Assembly: GCA_963727445.1 (NCBI GenBank)
Contig: CAVSGI010000010.1
Location: forward strand, 1,280,001-1,344,000
Source: an uncultured delta proteobacterium
GTDB lineage: Bacteria; Myxococcota_A; Polyangia; Polyangiales; B10-G4
DNA: 64,000 nucleotides
Reading direction: 5' to 3'
Shown: positions 22,102 to 32,035 of the stretch, one piece after another
How positions within the stretch are numbered: the stretch's first letter is position 1
Layout of the letters: the number at the start of each line of letters is the position of its first letter
The notes under the pieces: generated by a model
Seen by the model: only the letters and a program-made list of their open reading frames with translations
The model's database searches: none
What the model was told of the DNA's origin: nothing
Made by a program: the position numbers and the translations under genes

Positions 22102-24349
22102 TCAGGCGACGACGCGCGGCACGCCGCCGCGCAGCATGACCGACAGCGCCACGCCCGAGAGGCTCGGGTCGCGCGCCAGGGCGATGGCGGCGGGGGAGAC
22201 GACCATCTCTTCGATGAGTCGGCGGAGCGGGCGCGCCCCCCACTCGCGGTGGTAGCCGCGATCGGCGAGCCAAGCGCGGACGTCGGATGCGACCTCGAGG
22301 GTGATGCCGCGGCGGAGGAAGCCGGGTCGCTCGCGAACCTTCGCCAGCTCGAGGTCCACGATGCGCGCGACGTCCTCGGGCGCGAGGTGCCGGAAGGGGA
22401 CGACGTGATCGATCCGCCCGAAGAGCTCCGGCCGAAAATGAGCGCGCACCGCCCCGAGATAGGTCTCGCTCTTCGCGTCGCCGAAGCCGACCCGCGGCGC
22501 AGCGCCGGCACCGAGGTTGGAGGTCATCACGAAGAGCGCCATCCGCGCGTCCACCAGCCGCCCGTCGACGTCCGTGAGGCGACCCTCGTCGAGCACCGCG
22601 AGGAGCAGGTCGTGGACCTCGGGATGCGCCTTCTCGATCTCGTCGAAGAGGACGAGAGACAGCGGCTGCGCGGCGAGCTTCGTCGCCAGGCTGACCACGC
22701 CGTCGCCTACGTCGAGGAGCCTTCGTGAGGCGCCCCGGTGCCCGTACTCCGCCATGTCGAAGCGCGCCATGCGGCTGGCGTCGCCGAACATGTAGCGCGC
22801 GAGCTGCTTGGCGAGCTCCGTCTTGCCGACACCGGTCGGTCCCACGAAGAAGAGCGCGCCCAGCGGCCGCCCCGGATCGCTCATCCCGGCCTTGAAGCGC
22901 GCCAGCACCCGTCCGCTGACGGCGCAGGCATGGTCCTGCCCCACGACGCCGCGCTTCAGCCGGGAAGCGATGGCGTCGGCGGTGGCGGAGTGGGCGTCGC
23001 TGATGAGCTCGACCGGCAGGCCGGTGTAGTCGGCGAAGGCGCGCGTCACGTCGTCGGGATCGAGCGTGCGCGCTCGACTGCCGCTTCCTTCGCGCGAAAG
23101 CCAATCGAGGAATGCGAAGCCCTTGCCCGGGAAGCGCGTCGCCGTCACATAGCGGTCGAGGAGGCGCACCGCCCGGCCGAGACCGCGGGGCGCGATGACG
23201 CGCGGGCTGCGGATGCGCAACTGATAAGTCTGCATCAGCTCGAGCATGCGATCCGACTTCGCCTCGTGGAGGTGGACCACCCTGCACGCGTTGACCAACG
23301 TCGGCTGCGCCCTCCGGCAGTGGACCAGCTCGGCTTCGCTGCACTCGGCGACGAACCCGATGTTGCGATCCACGATCGCCCCCTCGAGCGCATCCGCCAC
23401 CGACCCACCGCCTCCGAGCGGCCGGCAGAGCTCGCTGAGCCGACCCGCGTACAGGTAGTCACCGTCCCTGGCCAGCTCCTCGACCAGGGCGAGGCAACGC
23501 TCCTGCCACATGCCCAGGTAGACCATGCCGGCGAGGATCCGCTCCGCTGAGGTCGCCCACAGCCGCGGCGCTCCATCGCTCTTGGCCAAGCGCGCGGCCA
23601 CCTTCCGCATCGCCGCCGTCTTACCCACCCCCGGCGGGCCGACCAGGACGACCGGCTGCGGCGCTTCGAGCAGGAGCTGGGTGACGAGCTCCGACACGTC
23701 GTCCTGCCCGACCACCAGCGGGAGCTTCTTGCGGCGTGCACGGCGGACCCACTCGTCGGCGACGCGGCTCAGCTCGGGGAGCTCGGCGAGATCGTCGCCC
23801 GCGCCCGGCCGCGCGCGCTGCTCGACGAGCCGCTCCGGACGCCACTCGAGCACGCGCTCCTGCACCTGGTCTCGGAAGTCGTAGAGCCAGCGCGGTGAGG
23901 CGCCGTGCAGGGCGCCGCCCACCAGGGACTCGAGGACCTCGGAGGCGTCGTCGAGAATCCTCGAAGAGCGACCACCAGCCCCACTGCGGGAGCATCACCC
24001 GATACGCGCCCGACGCGTGCTTGCTCCAGGCGAAGCCCAGCCGGAGCGGCGTGATCCGGTGGCCGAAGACCGGCAGCGTCTCCACCATCGTCGCGGGGTG
24101 AACGGAGATCGTCGCGCGACGGGTCTGGAAGCGCTCGGTCCACAGGTAGCGATCGATCTCGTCGCCTCCGGCGCGGGCTTCGTGGATGCGGGCCTCGATC
24201 TCCTGGAGCATCTCAGCCTCCGTCCGGCCGTAGCCGGAGGGGGGTGGCTGGTCGTTCCAGTACTCCTTGTGCCGCATGAGGATGCCGACGAGCCGGCCGT
24301 CGTGCTGCTCGATCACGTAGACACGGAATCCCGGTTTCTGCTCAGCCAC
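22102..24349 (-). CDS. ClpA/B-like double AAA+ ATPase, third gene of the triad (gene C); frameshift near 23956
   Basis: NBD1 GPPGVGKT; NBD2 GPTGVGKTELAK, LFDEIEKAHP, TSNLG, PELFGRID, GARPLRR. The N-terminal part lies in ORF 23621..24355 and joins on removing one T. GTG 24349 overlaps the upstream stop. Confidence 0.88.
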
Positions 24350-27300
24350 CGGCACCCTCCGGGGGCTCCTCGAGCTTCGTCATGCGCACCGAGAGGAGCT
24401 CGGCCAGGAGCTCGTGCGGCGAGCTCATCTCCCCGTGGCGCGCGTCCGCGAGCCCGTAGTCCTCGATGGTGAGCGGAGCGACCTGACCGCGCGAGCGTGG
24501 AGGATCGAAGCGGATCGAACGGACAATCGGCAGGAGCGACTCGGGGTTTTCCGGGAGCGGAGCAGTGCCCGCCTCGAGCGCCTGGTCGAAGGCGCGGCGC
24601 CGCGCGAGGTGCGTTTCGATGATCTCGGCCGCGGTCGTGCCGACGGGGGCGGGCACCGCGCGCACCCGCAGCACCTCGGTGCCGGCCTGGACCGACTCCC
24701 AGACGTGACATCCGGTCTCTCCCTCGAAGAAGTCGACCACGTGGAGGCCCACCATCTTCATCACGACGTGATCCGGGCGCTCGGTCGGCAGCAGGTCGAG
24801 GGCGGCGTTGGGCTCGTCGGGCAGCGTGAGCAGCGACTCGCCCCGACGGCGAGCAGCCACACCGTCGCACTCGCCTCGGGCGCGCCGATAGGTCTCGACC
24901 AGCCACGGCACCAGCCCGCTACTCTCGACGAGAGGCCGCGGCCCGACCACGCCCTCACCCAGGCGGAGCAGCTCGATGAAGACCGCGTGGCAATCCTGCC
25001 CCGCTTCACCTCGACCGAGGACGCGCTCGAGAAAGGTCGCCTCGGCGAGAAGAGAGAGGGCCTCCGCCTTCAAGAGCGGCTTGGTCCGACGATGTAGTCG
25101 CGCCCGCGCACGCCGCTTCGGCTGGCTGCCCACGCCGCGCCGCACCCGAGCCGGACCGCTGGGGACGCTCGAAAGCGCCTCCTCGATCTGCTCGTGCAGC
25201 GACTCGAGCGACTGTCGCGCCATCTCCAGCTCGTAGACGGCGTCTGTCTCGCCGCTCCGCATTCGCTCGCTGATCCCCTTCTCGATGGCGCGCCGCACGC
25301 CGGCGTCGCCCTGGCGACGGAGGAACGACGCGGCCTCCCGCAGCGCCTCGACGACCTCCTCGCGCGTGGCGTCCACCACCTCCGCGAGCGCGAAGCGCCC
25401 CGGCGTCGGCTCCGCCTCCACCAGCGCCTCGGAGTGCACCGCGAATTCACCGCCGCGCACGTATACCCTGAGCAGCCGCATCGACGCGGCCCCGCCCTGG
25501 CAGAGGTGGTCGGTCAGCACGCTGGCGACGCGGTCCTCGAGGTACTTCTTCACCGGTCGTGCGCCGTCGCGCGGCGTGAACGCCTCTTCCACCACCTTGG
25601 CCACCACCGAGCGCGTCGGCGTCGCCCACACGCGGCGATCGACGAGGCCGCGCCGCCCGAGCAGGAGGCGCAGCTCCTTGCGCGCGATCTGCATCGCCGC
25701 CTCCCGCCCGAGCGGAGAGAAGGGAACGACGCGGTCGATGCGGTTGAAGAGCTCGGGCGGGAAGAACTCCTTGACCGCGTCCACCATTCGCGCCGTGACC
25801 TCGCCTCCGTCGCGGCCGAATCCGAGCGGAATCCGTGGTCTGCGCGCCGAGGTTCGAGGTCATCAGCACCACCGAGTGGGTGAAGTCCGCGGTGTGCCCG
25901 CGGGCGTCGGTGAGGCGGCCCTCGTCGAAGACCTGCAGCATCAACTGCAACACCGACGGGTGCGCCTTCTCTATCTCGTCGAGGAGCACCACGCTGAAGC
26001 GCTGCTCCCGAACCCGCGAGGTGAGCATCCCATCCGGGTCGTAGTCGTCGCCGATCAGACGCGCGACGGCGTCGGGGCCCGAGAGCTCGCTCATGTCGAG
26101 GCGCAACAGGCGCGAGCGGTCGCCATAGAGCCCTTCGGCGATGGACTTGGCGAGCTCGGTCTTGCCGGTGCCGGTGGGCCCGGTGAGCAGATAGACCGCG
26201 TAGGGACGGCCGGGCGCGGTGAGCCCGGCGCGGATCCTCAGGAAGAGATCCTGCGCCGCCTTCACCGCCGCCTCCTGCCCGATCACGTAGCGGCGGAACG
26301 TGCGCGCGACGTCCTCGGGGTCGAGGCGCCGCTCGAGCTCGAGGAGCTCGGTGGGCAGCCCCGTCTTGTCGCTCAGGAGCGTGAGCACGTCGCGCCCCTC
26401 GAGCTTGCGCGCGTAACGCGGCTGACCGCGGACCACGGGCGAGCTCTCCATCATCGACTCGACGGCGTCCTTCGCCTCCTTGAGCCCGATGCGCGTCGCC
26501 TGCCGATAGGCCTTGACCGCGGCGATCTTCTGGCCGGCCTCGAGATGCTTCCGGACTCGGTCCATCGCCGGGTCCCCGGACGAGCGCACCAGCTCCGCGA
26601 GGAGATCGAGCGCGCTCCCGGGCAGGGCCGAGTCGGGGAAGAGCGAGGCGCCGAGGTCGAGGATCGTCTTGAAGGCGCGCGGCTCGACCGCGACGTTCTG
26701 CTTGCGCTCGTGGACGCGCGCGGCGCGGAAGAGGAGGGAGAGGGTCTCGGCGTCGTCGGTGGGCGCCACCACCGTGCGCGCGAAAGTCGCCGCGAAGGAC
26801 GGCGCCTCCGCCTCGAGGCGCTGCCAGCGTTCGGGCGTCGCCTCGGCGACCACCACCGCCTCGCCGCGTGCGACCGGGCCGCGGAAGAACTCGGCCAGAT
26901 TCCGTTCGCTGTCCCGGGTCTGGCCGAGCCTCGCCATGTCCGCGATGTCGTCGATCCACAGGATCACCGGGTTGGTCCGGGCCTCCTCGAGGATCTGCAC
27001 GCACCGCTCTTCCCAGTCTCCCAGGTAGGACATGCCCGCGATGATCCGCCGCCCGCTGAGACGATAGACATGGTGGATCTGATCGAGGTTTCGATGCGCG
27101 AAATAACCGTCGGCCACGGCGAGGTCGGTGATGGTGCGCCGAATGATGGTCGTCTTCCCGACCCCTGGCGGACCGAGCACCACCGTCGAGCGTTTCCTGC
27201 TGCCGCAGAGCAACATCTCCATGCGCGACGCGTAGGGCTTTCTCCGAACGCCGAGCTCCGTCGCCCGCTCGAGGAGCTGCGTCGTCATGTCGGTGGCGAC

Positions 27301-27918
27301 GCCCGGCAGCACGACGAGGCCACGCTTCTTCTTCCTCTTCTTCTTTCGACGAAGAGGGTCCACGTCGAGGTCGTCCCAAACGCCCGGCTTCGACTCGAGG
27401 CCGTCGAGGATGGTCCTCGGGTCGACGGAGAAGGCGACGCGCCGGATGGTGTCCTTGCCGTCGGTGGCGAGTTCCTCGATCTGCTCCCGGCTCAGCTCGG
27501 ACCATCGATCGGAGAAGAAGAGCCGCGCCTGGTCGGCGAGCGGATGATCGGGATGGAGCCATGCCCATTGCTCTGGACGCGCGGGATGGAAGTAGCGCGT
27601 GCGCCGCTCACCCTCGCGCACCCAATGGGGCATGAGCACGATCGGAAAGCGTCCGGTCACCGTCTGACGCTTTCCCCCGCCCTTGAAGGAGAGCTCGAGG
27701 TGCTCGCGCGACAGGTGGATCCCGACCGGGAAGTCGAAGAGGTGCTGCGCGGCGGGCTCGAGCTTGCAGAGCCTCGCCTTGAGCGTGTCGGTGAGCGCCT
27801 TCTGCAGGCGCACGTCGGTACGCCCACTGGCCTTCTCGTCGTAGGCCCCGAGGCCGAGGGTGCGCCAGACGAGCCCCGACGGACTCCTCGACTCGTAGAC
27901 GGCGATCGCGAAGTTCAC
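24342..27918 (-). CDS. ClpA/B-like double AAA+ ATPase with bL12-CTD-like insert and C-terminal release-factor-like domain (gene B); frameshift near 25832
   Basis: GPPGVGKT; GPTGTGKTELAK, LLDEIEKAHP; PELFNRID and DGARPVKK in the downstream frame. ORFs 25447..27918 and 24342..25787 join as TSNLGAQTT/IPLGFGRD. Confidence 0.88.
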
Positions 27919-30900
27919 GTCGCGTCCCCCTCGTCGCCCGCGCCCTCTCCGTCATGCGCCGGGACCACGCCGATCTCGTCGGCGAGGGTGCGCCCCGACG
28001 CCGCGATGGCGATCAGCTGCTCGGTCGCCGTCTCCTCGAAGACCGCCCAGTAGTCGTCCGGAAGCGGTAGCACCACCTCCCCGTGAAGGATGCGCAGGAG
28101 CTCCGCGGGCACGTCGAGCTCGCGCATCGCGGGCGTACGCAAGAGCGTGGCGCGGTTCGCGAGTGAACGCGGCCGGAAGAGCTTGCTGACGTGGTCCTGG
28201 CTCGTGACGTCACCTCGCATCGACGCGAGCGTCACCGACAGATGCGCCGTCTTGCCGCGGTCGCTCGAAACGATCCACCGATGGAGCCCACATTCGAGCG
28301 CGAGCAGGGCGCCGGCGTACGGCCCCTTGACCGTCAGCAGCGCATCGCGGAGCGTGCTGCTCGGCGCCTCGAGCTCTGCCCGTGCCCAGGCGGTCGATTG
28401 CGGCGGCCCCCAGAAGCGATCCTCCGGCCAGGAGGACACCCCCGGCTGCGGGCGCGAGGCGGGCACGTGGATCGCGAGGTGGTAGCCGCGGATCCGAGCC
28501 GCTTCGAAGAGGGGGAGGAGCCAGCGCGCGAGGCCGCCGTTGCCGTCGGGCTGCTGCAGGACGAAGGTGGCCGCGTCGCGTTGCTCGTGAAGCGCCAGGA
28601 GCGCGTAGGGGAGAGACGCGCGAAAGTCCACGACGATGTCGAGCGCCTCGACGAGCTGGCTCTGCTGCTCCTCGTCGCGACCGCCGAGGTGCGCGGCGAA
28701 GGCGAGCTCTTCGATGGCGCAGAGGTCTGCGCGCCGCGAGGAGAGTCGCTGGGCGAGCTCCTCGAGGCGATGGTGATCGGCCGCCAGCTTCGGCATCAGC
28801 GCCGCCGCCCGCTTCTTCGCCTTCGGCTTTCTCGCGCGGGCGAGATCGTTCATCTGTGCGACGAGGAACTCGACCTGCTCTCGGAGCTGAACCAGGGGCG
28901 GCAGGTGATACCAGGCGTCGACGGCGCGCCGCCGCTCCGCGATGCGGTGGAAGGGGCTCCGCCCGCGCGTCTCGCCCGACGCGCCCTCGGCGCGTGACAG
29001 GGACAGACGCATCTCGCCCGCGTCGCTCATCGATGCGGTCACCACCGACGAGCGCGCGGACTCCGCCTCGCGCGAGAGGAGCTCGGCCACCGGAACGACG
29101 AGCTCGTCCTCGAGAGTGCGCCGCAGAGCGCGCGCGCCGTAGGCCTCCGAGTAACCGCGCGCCGCGAGGTGGTCGAGCACCTCGTCGGAGACGTCCAGCT
29201 CCACGCCGATCTCCGTCAACCCGCGGCGCCGCGAGATACCGCGGAGCTGGATGCGGGAGATGCGTCGGATCTCCTCGGTGGAGAGTGGATGGAAGGGGAT
29301 CAATCGGTCGAGCCGATTCAGGAACTCGGGCCGAAAGTGTTCTCGAGCGGCGTCCACGTAGCGCTCGAGGTCGGTGCTCTCTGACGCGCCGATGCCGATG
29401 CGCTGCTTGTTCGCGCGAGCGCCGACGTTGCTCGTCATGATGACGATGGTGTTGTGCAGAAACGCGGTGCGGCCCCGCGCGTCGGACAGGCGTGCCTCCC
29501 CGAGCGCCCCCAGAAGCAGATCGTAGACCGCCGGATGCGCCTTCTCGATCTCGTCCAGCAAGACGATCCCGAAAGGCTGCTGGCGGATCACTCGCGTGAG
29601 CAGTCCGTCGCGCCGATCGGTTCCGCGAATGAGCCGCGCGCTCGCCCCCGCGTCGGCGTACTCGCTCATGTCGAAGCGCGACAGACGCCCCTCGGAGCCG
29701 AAGACGAGCTCGGCGAGGGCGCGCGCCAGCTCGGTCTTGCCGACGCCGGTCGGACCGACGAAGAGGAAGACGCCGAGGGGCTTGTCCGTGGGGCTCAGCG
29801 AGGCCTTCATCACCGCGACCGTCTGGACGAGCTGGTCGACTGCGTGACCCTGTCCGATCACCCGGCGCCTCAGACGCTCCTCCACCTCCGCCAGGTCGAG
29901 CGCTTCCTTTTCGCCCAAGAGCATCCGCGGGATGCCGGTCTGCACGCTGAAGTGAGCCTCGACGTCGGCGACGCGCACGTCCGCCGCCATCCCGACCAGC
30001 GAGGGATCCTTTTCGTGCGCCCCGCGCACCTCGTCGTAGAGGCGCACGGCCTTGCCCGGGTGGGGTAGGTACGGGAGATAGCGCTCGGTGAGTTGCACGA
30101 TCGTCCCCAGCGCGTCGGGCGAGAGGCGCGGGCGATCCGGCTGAGTCTCGAGGTGATGCGCCCGCAGCGCCACCAGCGCCTCGGAAGAGGCGGCGGCGTC
30201 GAGGGGCGGGACCCGCACCCGCGTGAGCCCGGCGAAGAAGCCACCGTTGCGCGGCTCGAGGACGTCCAGCGACTTCGGCTCGACCTCGGCGACGACGCGC
30301 ACCCTCCCCTCGTCGATGAACGCCTTCATCACACCGGGGATGTCGACGCCCTGACCGGCGCGATCGCCGAAGAGCTCGCCCAGGTTCTCGAAATAGAGGA
30401 TGGCGTCGAGGGTCTCGATCGCCGCCAGAACCCGCGCGACCCGCGCCTGCCACTGCCCGAGCCCGCTCATCCCCGCCAGAAGACGCGCCGCGGAGGTGCG
30501 GTAGACGGGGCGCGCCGCGCCGCGCCGCTTCGCTTCGTCGAACCACGCGCCGAAGAGCGCCGACTTGCCGGCGAGCTCGTCCCCCAGCAGGAGCACCGAG
30601 GTGCGGGTCTCGCTCTCGAGGAGCGCTCTGAGGCTCGCCAGCTCGCGCTCTCGCCCCACGATGGGCGCGTGGCGCTTCTCGAGTCGCTCGTCGTGCCAGG
30701 GCGACGCGACGGTGCCGAGCACCGTCATGGCGTTCTTCTTGGCGGTGGCCTTCTCGAGGAGCGCGTGCTTCTTGCGCGCCGACGCCGCCACCTCCGCGCC
30801 GCTCTCGGCGAGCGCGATGACGAGCCGCGTGATCTCCACGTCGCCCGAGGGCAGGAGCTTCAGGTAAGCGTCCGGTCCCTTCGCCGCCGACACCCGCACC

Positions 30901-31286
30901 GTCTCGCGCTCGATCGCTTCGTCGACGTCTTCACGCTTGTCGACCCAGAAGGTGTACTGGAGCGGCAGAACGATGACCCACGTCCCTCCCTTGGCCGTGG
31001 CCACCAGCGAGGCGACCGTCAGGGTCGGCGGCAGGCGGAAGCGTTTGGGCGTGGCCTCGTGCGGCACCGTGACGTCGGTGAAGCGCAGCGCGACGTCCGC
31101 TTCGGAGGAGAAGCTCGCCCGAACCTCCGCGCGCGCCGAGCCCAGGAACGACTCGAGAAAGAGGCGCAGCTCATCGAGCGCCTCGGTTCCGTGCGCAGCA
31201 CGGGCGAGGTCCGCCATGGGCAGGACGGTCTCGCGCCCGGACGCATGGCTCTGCACGACCGCGATGGTTTCGATGTCGAGGGACAC
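27915..31286 (-). CDS. ClpA/B-like double AAA+ ATPase with C-terminal release-factor-like domain (gene A, first of the triad)
   Basis: IVGRERE, GDELAGKS, YLPYLPHPGKA, VIGQ, GPTGVGKTELA, LLDEIEKAHP, PEFLNRLD, YGARAL; C-terminal 'LTVKGPYAGALLALECGLHRW'. Confidence 0.9.
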   Translation of the reverse strand: MSLDIETIAVVQSHASGRETVLPMADLARAAHGTEALDELRLFLESFLGSARAEVRASFSSEADVALRFTDVTVPHEATPKRFRLPPTLTVASLVATAKGGTWVIVLPLQYTFWVDKREDVDEAIERETVRVSAAKGPDAYLKLLPSGDVEITRLVIALAESGAEVAASARKKHALLEKATAKKNAMTVLGTVASPWHDERLEKRHAPIVGRERELASLRALLESETRTSVLLLGDELAGKSALFGAWFDEAKRRGAARPVYRTSAARLLAGMSGLGQWQARVARVLAAIETLDAILYFENLGELFGDRAGQGVDIPGVMKAFIDEGRVRVVAEVEPKSLDVLEPRNGGFFAGLTRVRVPPLDAAASSEALVALRAHHLETQPDRPRLSPDALGTIVQLTERYLPYLPHPGKAVRLYDEVRGAHEKDPSLVGMAADVRVADVEAHFSVQTGIPRMLLGEKEALDLAEVEERLRRRVIGQGHAVDQLVQTVAVMKASLSPTDKPLGVFLFVGPTGVGKTELARALAELVFGSEGRLSRFDMSEYADAGASARLIRGTDRRDGLLTRVIRQQPFGIVLLDEIEKAHPAVYDLLLGALGEARLSDARGRTAFLHNTIVIMTSNVGARANKQRIGIGASESTDLERYVDAAREHFRPEFLNRLDRLIPFHPLSTEEIRRISRIQLRGISRRRGLTEIGVELDVSDEVLDHLAARGYSEAYGARALRRTLEDELVVPVAELLSREAESARSSVVTASMSDAGEMRLSLSRAEGASGETRGRSPFHRIAERRRAVDAWYHLPPLVQLREQVEFLVAQMNDLARARKPKAKKRAAALMPKLAADHHRLEELAQRLSSRRADLCAIEELAFAAHLGGRDEEQQSQLVEALDIVVDFRASLPYALLALHEQRDAATFVLQQPDGNGGLARWLLPLFEAARIRGYHLAIHVPASRPQPGVSSWPEDRFWGPPQSTAWARAELEAPSSTLRDALLTVKGPYAGALLALECGLHRWIVSSDRGKTAHLSVTLASMRGDVTSQDHVSKLFRPRSLANRATLLRTPAMRELDVPAELLRILHGEVVLPLPDDYWAVFEETATEQLIAIAASGRTLADEIGVVPAHDGEGAGDEGDAT

Positions 31287-31411
31287 GAAAGCCGAGCCAT
31301 GGTCCGATCGCCCGCCACGCGGCGCAAGCGCCTCAGGATGGAGGCCAGCCCGTTCGAACGAAGCCTATCTGTCGGAGGACGAACACCGCGTGGGCGTTCG
31401 TCGTCGGGGCT

Positions 31412-31972
31412 TCACCGCGGTTGTCGATCCTCGGTCGATGCCGACTCCTCCTCCTCGGCCGCTGCGGGCGGCGGAGGGGGCGGCTCTTCGCTCGTGCTCG
31501 TGGCGGCGGGCGGCGGCGCTACGTCGTCGGTCGTGGGCGGGGGCGCGGGTGTCGGATCCGGAGTCTCGTCGTCCCCCGGCGGCGGCGAGGCGAGGTCCTC
31601 ACCCCCGGCCGTGGGCGGCGGAACGCGCTCCAGCTCTCCGCGGTAGGCCACGCCGCGGATGGTCCACTTGTTGTGAACGCATTCGTCGTCCGTGTGCGGG
31701 CGATCCGTCTCCACGATCTTCACGTAGGACGCACCCATCTCCGCCGCGCGATTGCGAAGCAGATTCTCGGCCACCACGTAGCTGCCGCGAGAGCCGCCGC
31801 ATTCGTCGCTCCCGTGCGAAGCCTCGACACGTCCGATCTCCTCCAGGCTCGAGGGTGGATCGTAGCGGCCGGTCTTGACCGAGCGCCCATCGTCGCTCAG
31901 CTCGAGCTCCTTGAGACATCCACCGAGGAGCAGGGTGGCGAGGACCGCCATGATGAGGTGCGATTTCATCAT
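31412..31972 (-). CDS. Small lipoprotein, DUF4156-like, with Pro/Glu-rich tail
   Basis: Lipobox LGGC; 'IGRVEA...ENLLRNRAAEMGASYV...GVAYR'. Confidence 0.7.
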   Translation of the reverse strand: MMKSHLIMAVLATLLLGGCLKELELSDDGRSVKTGRYDPPSSLEEIGRVEASHGSDECGGSRGSYVVAENLLRNRAAEMGASYVKIVETDRPHTDDECVHNKWTIRGVAYRGELERVPPPTAGGEDLASPPPGDDETPDPTPAPPPTTDDVAPPPAATSTSEEPPPPPPAAAEEEESASTEDRQPR

Positions 31973-32035
31973 CCCCCGCCTATGCCACATCCCTTCGCCC
32001 CGGGCCCGTGAAAGTTCGCCCGGACCGTAGATGCC

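Noticed and set aside
25285..28053. 922-aa plus-strand ORF
   Set aside because: Antisense to Clp gene B; no recognisable domain.
22102..31286. ClpV / type VI secretion or canonical ClpB assignment
   Set aside because: No T6SS genes nearby, no Clp-N domain or M-domain, and no GYVG pore loop.
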